Source of the DNA: Fimbriosthenelais zetlandica
Lineage: Eukaryota
NCBI GenBank assembly: GCA_977030845.1
Contig: OZ365113.1
Coordinates: 18,848,001 to 18,912,000 of the forward strand
DNA: 64,000 bases
Direction of reading: 5' to 3'
Shown here: positions 55,401 to 64,000 of the stretch, piece by piece
Position numbering within the stretch: position 1 is the first letter of the stretch
Layout: each line of letters begins with the position of its first letter
Program-made: the position numbers and the translations under genes
Notes under the pieces: generated by a model
What the model saw: the letters and a program-made list of their open reading frames with translations, nothing else
What the model was told of the DNA's origin: nothing
The model's database searches: none

Positions 55401-56409
55401 GCTCAAAGCCCGAATAAAACCCACGTCGCGGTGATACAATTATCCCTTATTATCGCCCATAGCGGCCATATGCCCCAGTATTTATGGCCTTGTAATGCAT
55501 GTTATTGCTGCCACCGGGAGTATTATGTAGGCTAATTTATTTCGACATCTTTTATCGCAGAAGTCTGAAGTTTTATCCAAAGGATGTTTTTCTTACATCT
55601 TAGTTTTTAGTTCAATTGTAATTGACATTTTTTTCAATGCAAAATAAGCACGAGACGAACTTCTGTAGGCTACTCTGTTTGAGATAATAAATGTCTGAAA
55701 AGCAAGGCGGGTGGGCGCAAAATAAAAAGTAGAAAAACGACTTGGCTTTAAGCGACCCTTGAAGTCCCTGTTATGGTAAAATGAATAGCAGCTGACCTGG
55801 TGTTAAATTCAAATCTATCGTACAGGTTTCCATCGTCCTTGGCATCGTCGTGTCTCCCATACACCTTCGTTTCAGGAGGAAACCTCTTTACTTTATTTGC
55901 CTGAAGTGAATAGTATAAGAATTATTTGATAACAAAGTTATGGTAATTTTTCCACAGGGAAGACATTTATTTTTAATGTTTTTTTAAACGCGGTATGCAA
56001 AAAGGGGGGAAACAGAGAACAATTCTTAAACATCCTTAAATTTTCTCCGAATCTTTCAGACTTGTTAGTTTTCAATTTGTCCTCTATGTGAGCTAACTTT
56101 GATATATATAACCTGGATTTAAATATGCTATCAGGTTCGCAGTTTGAAAATGTTTTGCGATTCCAAAATGCACTGCAGCTATTACCGTGATTAAATAAAT
56201 GCATGGCGTCAACATCATTGAATAGGTCAGGTAGGCCCTACCTGTCAACTTAAAATGTGTAATATACTTAGTGGATGGAAATCCACACAATCCCCAATTT
56301 CCTTATGATATAATACTAATAATTAGAAAGTGAGGAAAGATGTAGGGAATTTTGATTGTAAGTTGCCATACTCTGGTTGTCCATATTATACTGTACTACT
56401 CGCATACTA

Positions 56410-56593
56410 CACACTATAAGATTTCCATAGGTGAATTGACAGTCGACGACTGTTTGGAGACCAAATACAGGAAACTTGGCATACGGAACTTGAAACACGG
56501 AACTTGGCATATAAAGATGTATGGCCAAGTGTCCTGTATTGCTAGGTCTCCTAACAGTCGTCGACTGTCAATTCACATATGGAATATAGTGTG
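56410..56593. mobile_element. MITE-like foldback element with TA target-site duplication (Tc1/mariner-type signature)
   Basis: TA|CACACTATA...GTGAATTGACAGTCGACGACTGTT...CTTGGCATAC is mirrored by GTATGGCCAAG...AACAGTCGTCGACTGTCAATTCAC...TATAGTGTG|TA. Arms are ~75 bp, flanked by TA on both sides. The superfamily is inferred from the TSD only. Confidence 0.75.
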
Positions 56594-57076
56594 TAATACA
56601 TGAATACATACCCAGCTTGATACCTCGCATCGCAAGGACATCTTAACCGACTTAATGTTTTATACAGCTTCCTCCATCAACTGGTAAAAATCCTGCCGGG
56701 TGACAGAACACGCCATCCGTTTTTACATTTTGCATAATCCAGGCCCATCGGTCAGATAATAAGAGTCGTCGGAATAAGGATATCAAAAAGTATTTCATAG
56801 AAAAAATAATGAGGAGCCTTTCAGCCCCATTTCAAATGAAATGAGTCACAAGAACATTGAAATCGTGACTGTCCAATGTAATTGGTTCCTCTGTTTCTTC
56901 CCTTTCCTTTCACTCTTGTTCCTGAAATCCATGGGACAGCCTACTATGTGAACGGTTATAAAATGAACTGAATAAACTTACATAAGAACCTCATCAAAAT
57001 GAAAATGTATGCAAGAACACAAATTATAAATTCATAGGGTTTCTTCCTCTAAATGGTTTCAAACTTGTTCTTTCAG

Positions 57077-57297
57077 GTTAGCAACATGTTCATCATATCA
57101 TTGGCCATCGCCGATCTGATAGTTGGTTTGATTGTAATGCCAATCAGTGTTATTTACATCTTCACTGAGAAGTGGCTCTTTGGAGTGGTTGTCTGTCAGT
57201 TCTGGATAGGAGTAGATTATACTGCATCAACAGCATCCATTCTTAATCTCTTCATTCTCAGTCTGGACCGATACTGGTCGGTCACCTCACCTCTCAG
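57077..57297 (+). CDS. HRH1: Histamine H1 receptor-like GPCR, coding exon 2 (TM2, TM3, DRY)
   Basis: Acceptor ttgttctttcag|GTT at 57076/57077. Encodes VSNMFIISLAIADLIVG...CQFWIGVDYTASTASILNLFILSLDRYWSVTSPL, versus human CLFWLSMDYVASTASIFSVFILCIDRY. D3.32 is GAT at 57215. Phase-2 donor CTCAG|GTTGGT at 57297/57298 joins in frame to exon 3. Confidence 0.95.
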
Positions 57298-58237
57298 GTT
57301 GGTAATGCTATCTTTCATATTACTTATTTAAATTGACAATATCAATTAAGGAGCTTGACCCATTTTATATACCATTGTTCATTAATGGATTATGAAGAAA
57401 CGCAGCGGAGATTATCTCTATAATTTAGTAAGACAGTTATAGGAGACCATAATATAGTGGATGATATGAGTAACATTATGTGGAATACATACGATGTAGT
57501 ATAGCATAACTTATTTAATCAGATGAATATTATCCATCCTGCTGTTCGCCTGATTAAATCGATGAAAGGCTTAGAAAGAGAGTCCTTTTACTACTTGTAT
57601 CTATTATCAACATAAACCACACTTGGATAAAGGGGAGTCGAGCATACTGATCAGAACCCTTCAGTGTCATGTCTGCGACTAATTGCATATGACAATAAGA
57701 ACAAGAAGGAATTCCGCTCAACAAAGAAAGGACCTGATCCAAAATAGGACAGCATGTTTTAGTCTCTTGGACCAAGAATTATATTTTCCATATTCATAAA
57801 AAAAACCAATAGGCTAACATTCCATTTTAATTTGTCCAGTACTGATTGCTGAAATGTTTCATGTGTGCAATTTGAGAACTCATTTTGTTTTTCTACAACG
57901 TTCAGTAATGGAATGCTTTTGAGGGATGACTACCTCACAAAGTGACAGTACTAACTATGAGCTTTGAACTTGAAAGGACATCGAAATTAAATTAAAAGTA
58001 ATATGTGCTGTTTAGAAATAAACAGCACATATTACTTAGAGTATTATATCTGAATGGATATTATAATAAAAAGTCATAGGAAATCTTTATTTACCGAACC
58101 ATAATTGAGACATTATTGGAACATGGAATAAATTATAGTCATGGTATCTTCTAATGTCAATGCAGGTCCGATTTCGTGTCTATTGGTGCTTTTCTGTTGT
58201 CTGTACTTTAATATATTCCTTTTTTGCTCTTCTACAG
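57298..58237 (+). other. Intron 2 of HRH1-like gene (940 bp, GT-AG, phase 2)
   Basis: GTTGGT donor and a polypyrimidine-CTACAG acceptor restore SPLRY in ICL2. Confidence 0.9.
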
Positions 58238-59717
58238 GTATATGAGAAAGCGGACGAAGAAGCGAGCACTCATCATGATATCATTGGTCTGGTTTGTTTC
58301 ATCTCTTTGGCTCATACCCATTATCGGCTGGCACCATTTTGAAAATGGGGGCGTGAGGTTAGTCGCGCCAGATAACTGTGACACTGAATATGCCACCAAT
58401 ACAGCATTAAAGATAGTGACAGGTATCCTCAATTTTTATTTACCCTTGGCCATCATGTATGGCCTGTATGGAAAGATATTTCTTGAAATACGAAAACGCT
58501 CAAAATTTGAGCTAGGTCAACGAACAGCTGGAACTACCAAGGAGACTAACAACATGCAAGTCACATCATCCATGACTGAGGACAGTGACCATAAGAGTAA
58601 CTATGAATCAGAACCTGTACAAGAGGGTTACTCCCCTTACGTCTCAAGTTCTGAGCAAAGAAAATTTCTTAATCCCATGTCAATGACCACTACGGAGTAT
58701 GAAACTGAGACTGGATCTGAAGATGAGTATGCCAGGCTACATCGTGGTCAGTACACTAATCTGACTTTGGTCAGAGTGGCTGCAGATGAGGCAAAAGAAA
58801 GAGCAACATGCCATAGTAATTCAGACACACAAGCTGATATAGAAATCAAAGTGGAATACTTTTATGATGAAGCAATGGTTAATGAGAAAGGTGGTAGTGT
58901 TGATCAGGTCCGTGCGGATCGTTTAACAACTAATTGTCGTGGGACTGCTGAGACATCTCTCAGCAATCCAACTCCCCTGAGTAGTGGTTTGACTGATGAT
59001 GAAGATCGGAAAATTTCGGGTAAAACTGGACGAAATTCTCATTTTACAAAGCAGGTCTCACGACCACCAAATAAGCGACAAATGGCTCCTACTCGCAAAA
59101 AGCACAACCACACTCGGCATGGGAACAACCAAAGGCCGGTGCTACCGTCTTTAGGCAGAATATTGCATATCAGACATAAGTTTAGTGGGGACAGGGAGCT
59201 TCAAAGGGAGGAGTCAGCTCTCCGTCGCCAGGCTATAAAATGGCGTGAACGTTGGTTTAGGCAACAAGCGAGGAAACATCAACATAGTGCCAACCCTCGG
59301 GTACCACAGAAACTCAGAGCCAATAACCCAAAGACCAAAGCCAAGAAAGGCAAAAAGGTGATCAGGCCCAGTGCTGCACTGGCCAAGGAGATCAAAGCAG
59401 CACGCCAGTTAGGGGTAATCATGGGCGCGTTCACTCTATGCTTTTGTCCCTACTTTGTGCTCTTCATGGTCGTGGCATTTTGTGATGGCTGCATTAGTAG
59501 TAATCTAATGTCCACCATGACCTGGATAGGCTACCTAAATTCAACGATGAATCCTTTCCTTTACCCTCTTTGTAATATGCAGTTCCGGCGCAAGTTCAGG
59601 AAGATGCTAAACTTGAAAACACCGGATGAGCGAATTGTAGTAAACCCAACAAACTCTCGTTATTTCACACCTAGAACGAGCATTGCAGCCTACGAGAGTA
59701 GGTGTCATGATTACTAG
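58238..59717 (+). CDS. HRH1: Histamine H1 receptor-like GPCR, coding exon 3 (TM4-TM7, ~300 aa ICL3, C-tail)
   Basis: Acceptor tttttgctcttctacag|G at 58237/58238; AG+G rebuilds the Arg of PLRY. TM5 LKIVTGILNFYLP (human FKVMTAIINFYLP), TM6 KAARQLGVIMGAFTLCFCPYFVLFMVVAFC (human KAAKQLGFIMAAFILCWIPYFIFFMVIAFC), TM7 WIGYLNSTMNPFLYPLCN (human WLGYINSTLNPLIYPLCN). Stop TAG at 59715-59717. Spliced CDS is 462+221+1480=2163 nt. Confidence 0.96.
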
Positions 59718-59952
59718 CAGCAAGCTCTTCCTGTTTCCATAACTGTATTATATAGATCTACATAATTATGTATGTCGAGATTATATCTTTGTGAACACAA
59801 CACTCAAACAAAAGAGCACTTCATGCAGTAATATACTTATATACCAGTTAATATAAAATACATGTTTGCTTGCTTTTGGCACGTTTGCAACAATGGTATT
59901 AAATATATTGTTTATTGTTATGATGTATGCGATGAATATATGTTTCTTTAAT

Positions 59953-59962
59953 AATAAATAAA
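59953..59962 (+). promoter_or_regulatory. Candidate polyadenylation signal (overlapping AATAAA hexamers)
   Basis: AATAAATAAA about 235 nt after the stop codon. Other AATAAA hexamers occur further downstream, so the true 3' end is not established. Confidence 0.4.
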
Positions 59963-62900
59963 TTAAAGCGTGCTAAAACATCAGATTCAAATGGTTAGAT
60001 TTAGATAATGAATGTTATGACTTGATTAAGTCGATAATTTGGATGGTCTGTACTGATGTAGGTGTTGATTTCCGTTGTTGAATTTCTGTCTATATGTAAG
60101 AACGGTTCATTACCAACAATGTGAAAGCTGCCATGTATTGCATTCGGAATAAAAAAGAATACATTAAGAATGTATGGATGAGTGTATTTGAATGGTTGTC
60201 TTTCATAATTTAATTGAAAGGTGAGGGAGAGCCTAATGGCGAAGTGGAAAGTTTTTCATTTTGGTCTATTCATTCTCGCCTCTTGTTAACGTTCTGCTCA
60301 CATCTGCTCGCAACTGATTATAGTTGTTATGAACTGCTCATTAACACTTACACTTCTCCCACCTGTCTGCATCTTCACCTCCCCTTTATCTTTCTTCTAT
60401 GGGATAAATGTAGGTGAAAACTGTTTCACAATGACAATTCACCGATACATGACCAGAAAGATTGCAATTTGGTTATACCTGTCCCAGTTGCCCTGCCTTT
60501 AACCTCCTCTCCTTTAAGATGTTTCAAATACAGTGTCAAATTGTAAAAGTAAATGATATTAAATTGTATAAAAGGGGATTGTAATTGAGGGGACAATTGT
60601 GTGGAAAAAGTAGTTCTAAATGATAATGCCCTCCTTTGTTCGCCAATACTATGTTAAAATAGCCGGATGATGTCTTACCACCACCAGGGAAAAAATAAAC
60701 AGACTCATGTTTACCTTGGCTGGAATAGAACAGGATATCCAAACAACAGTTTAGGAACAAAGAACATATAAAAATCACGAATTATGTTAAATAACATGTT
60801 GATAATGCCTTTGCTATTTTGCGAAATTACTTGATCACCAAATATAATCTTTGAATCTTTTTGGAGAGCCGACCAAAAAAAAAGTTTTATAATTCAAAGT
60901 CTTTATGAGCACCGTTTAAAAGGTACCACCAACATTTTCTGTTTTAGTCATATGAACTAGTTCTGGCTATGAGCTGGTAATGTGAACGTCTATGAACGCA
61001 GGCTTCTAAGCCTTATACAGCACACAGGAAGTTACAATATAACTCATACTCCGTGATCATAGGAGGGTAGTGGAGAATGATGGTTTTATATTAAGAGTAT
61101 TATTCAGGATGAGAATGAAGCCACCATTTATCTCTCTCATATGGGTGTATGTTGGCAGGGGATACCAATGACCTCAATCTATTGCCAACACTGTATTTCT
61201 ATACCTATGATCATGGACACATCTGTATGATGTCCAGAGAAAAAATACCAATATAAAACGTATATATGGTATGTCAAAGGGCATGATAGGAAAGAAGTAC
61301 TTGACCCTTAGAAATGTATACTCGTATGTATACAAGGATAGGGCTCCTATCAATGTCTCATGCTCATATCTGTAACTCCTCATTTTTCTCTATTAGGCCT
61401 ATACATGCATGTATATATAATACACTCTATTGCTATTTGTATATTCTTCCCAAAATGCATCCATGATTTTAATATGTTGTAATAAACATTGCCTTAGGAT
61501 CTGGATGTAAATTGCAGATTCTGATTTATCTGTAGGGGCGGGGCATTAATTCTGAAGCATTATCTTATGTAATAAAAAAAAAATAGACTAGCTCATACAA
61601 AGACTGTTCATCTAAAAAATATAGTCTGGCGTTAGGGGGGTGTAAAGTCTAGGGGAAGCAACAGCAAAGACATTATAGTACAGTTTAGTGACCTTGGGAT
61701 ACAAAGGGCAGAAATCTATTGAATAGCAATTTATGTAATGGGAGCTCCTGTATGAGCAATTCCCGGGCAATGAGAACAAATCAACCATAGGAGATGTGGA
61801 GTTAGTGGGTGAGTGTGTGAGGGCAGGGTAGGAAAATGGGGAAAGTATGACTACACTTGGGTGATAGTGTTAATCTCTATAAAAATACTATTCATACAAA
61901 TGAGTGAAACGAGACATTTTATGAATGATCAGGTCGATCCAGGATGTGAAAATACTGGATCAAGCTTCTTATTAAGTTGAATGAGGGATATAAAGTGGGG
62001 AAATGAAATAGAGAAACAGGAAAACACTGTCCAGGGTGGGAATTGGATGTATTGGGGAGGAGGTGGGTGGGCATGGGGCCATCAAAGTTGGGTGGCAGTT
62101 GATTGGTTCATGAAGTATTGTAGGATGAACAGACCTCACAGTTCACCGGGAGCATTAACAGTGATAGTGCCACTTGTCTATAAGTCATCATGGCGAGGGC
62201 ACTTCTACCAATAGTCTGTCTACATGCTATTGCTTTCCTTCTGATCTCTCAAGTGCCTGAGGTAGGTATTTTAAGAGTTTTAACTAGTTTCCATGTGGAC
62301 TAAATTATCATAAATGAAGTTTATTATACACAAAGACACACGCATGAACACATTTGTATATTTGAATATATAAGAATATATCACATATTTTCTATGTTCT
62401 CTCACAGTGAGAACCTGTCTATCCTTGCCCATCAGAAGTAATAGATAAATTTACCCTGGGTGGGGGGGGGGGGGCACAGTAATAGCAAGTGTCAGAAATT
62501 GGATCACAAATACTTTTCCAATGGTATTATGCACTTCTGAGTATATTATCATAACCCTACTAGCATTATCTCCAATTGGGTGAGAACCCTTCCACCTCAG
62601 TAGGCCTACGAGTACATTTTAGTAATCCTTTGTATAGGAAATATCTTAAAATATCTTGTATTTTGTCCCCTTATAGGTGTCCTGTGGTGGTAACTTGACC
62701 ATTTTCTTCATAAAATATGATAATCCAAAAGGAAAAGGAGCAAATGGTCATTGTTGTGATGGAAAATGGGGAATGTGCACAAGCGACTGCGACCACATGT
62801 TTACCATCTGCCTTGATGACATTAAAAGGTGTTTAAAATGTTTAAGTTTAATCTAAAATCACGTAGGCTATATATGTTATATATAAAACTTTTTTCATTG

Positions 62901-64000
62901 ATCAGCATTCTTCATTGTGAGCTTTTATAGTTCATGGTATAAGATAGTCAAGTTTTAAATTCTCATCTAAATCGACTACAAATGAAGAGGGTTGGTGCTA
63001 GTGTCCCTCCCTGAGGAACACCCATGCAAGTGCTAAGTTGAGGGCAGTGTATGTAGCACTGAATTGGTTTAAACGAATAGCTGAACATTTTGGAGTAGGT
63101 CTACTCTTAGTTGTACATGACATTGTGTGAGTTTCAAGGAGAAATGTGTGGTCACGGGTGTCAAAGGCTTTTTTATGTCAATGAACACTGCCATTCGGTA
63201 ATTTATCAAGACTTCTAAAGAGTGATGTCTAGTTTTTTTGCAGAGTGCTATATTTTTCTGGGTTTGTTTGGTTTAAACCCATTCTTTTTGTGGAGCCTCC
63301 AGTCTGGAGGCGATACATTTTAGGAGAGAGTATCTTTGTTCATTTGTGGATAAGTATGAAGTCCTTCATATATATCTTTCCATGTATTCATTGTTTAAAT
63401 ATGTTCTTTTCTTTCTATAATTTCAACAAAGTGCAAACGAGACCCATCCTTGTAAATTCAATAAAACGGAAACAGCGGCCTACAAAAACCAAAACTCTAT
63501 TGTATTTGGCGATACTATTGGTGGCCTGAAAAACCCCATGGTTTTTCACATGAAACCTTTAATGGTAAGCTGCTCCTTATGAAGAAGGATCATGGTGTCT
63601 CAAGTATATTTGGGAAACACATATTTGAGATTTTTCCTTGTATATTATTTTTATAATTTGATATATCAGTTTTAAATAATTTACATCTTTATACATTTGA
63701 TATCTTTTCATTATATAGACAGCCATATCATTAAAAATTGCTGTGTGGGATAAGGACAAGGCAGGTTCAAATGACTATGTTGACTTCATACGTCTTGACC
63801 TTGGAAGGCGACCAAATGACCTTGATATGCGTCGATGGTATACACTTAACATGACTCACAGGACTAAGTAAGTATAAGTCCTTTGGATGGAAAAGTATAC
63901 CAGGGTAGACATCAATATTGTACATTAATTTCATTGATAGGGCCAATAATTACCTGTATAATCCATGTAAGTTTACATTAACAGCATGGAGGTACAAGTA

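Larger units (their letters stand above)
44049..57076 (+). other. Intron 1 of HRH1-like gene (13,028 bp, GT-AG, phase 0)
   Basis: GTAAGT donor and tttcAG acceptor join LQT|VSN in frame, restoring the conserved ICL1-TM2 motif. Confidence 0.9.

Overview
AT-rich animal genomic DNA; no prokaryotic features, CRISPR arrays or convincing RNA genes were seen. The only well-supported protein-coding gene is a + strand histamine H1 receptor-like class A GPCR. It has three coding exons, join(43587..44048,57077..57297,58238..59717), giving 720 aa, with a 13.0 kb intron 1 and a 0.94 kb intron 2. The histamine-contacting residues of human HRH1 are present, but the TM6 CWxP toggle tryptophan is replaced by Phe and the N-terminus carries a CxxCH motif. 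The ~43 kb upstream has no recognisable intact gene. It holds a 607 bp tandem duplication that reads as identical, several miniature inverted-repeat elements, promoter-like motif islands (ETS, RFX X-box), two polypyrimidine-CAG|GTAA sites resembling recursive splice sites, and probable highly decayed retroelement debris. An invertebrate source (possibly an echinoderm or other marine invertebrate) is only an inference from the intron-containing HRH1 and the k-mer style. All alignments were done by eye, from memory of the human HRH1 sequence.
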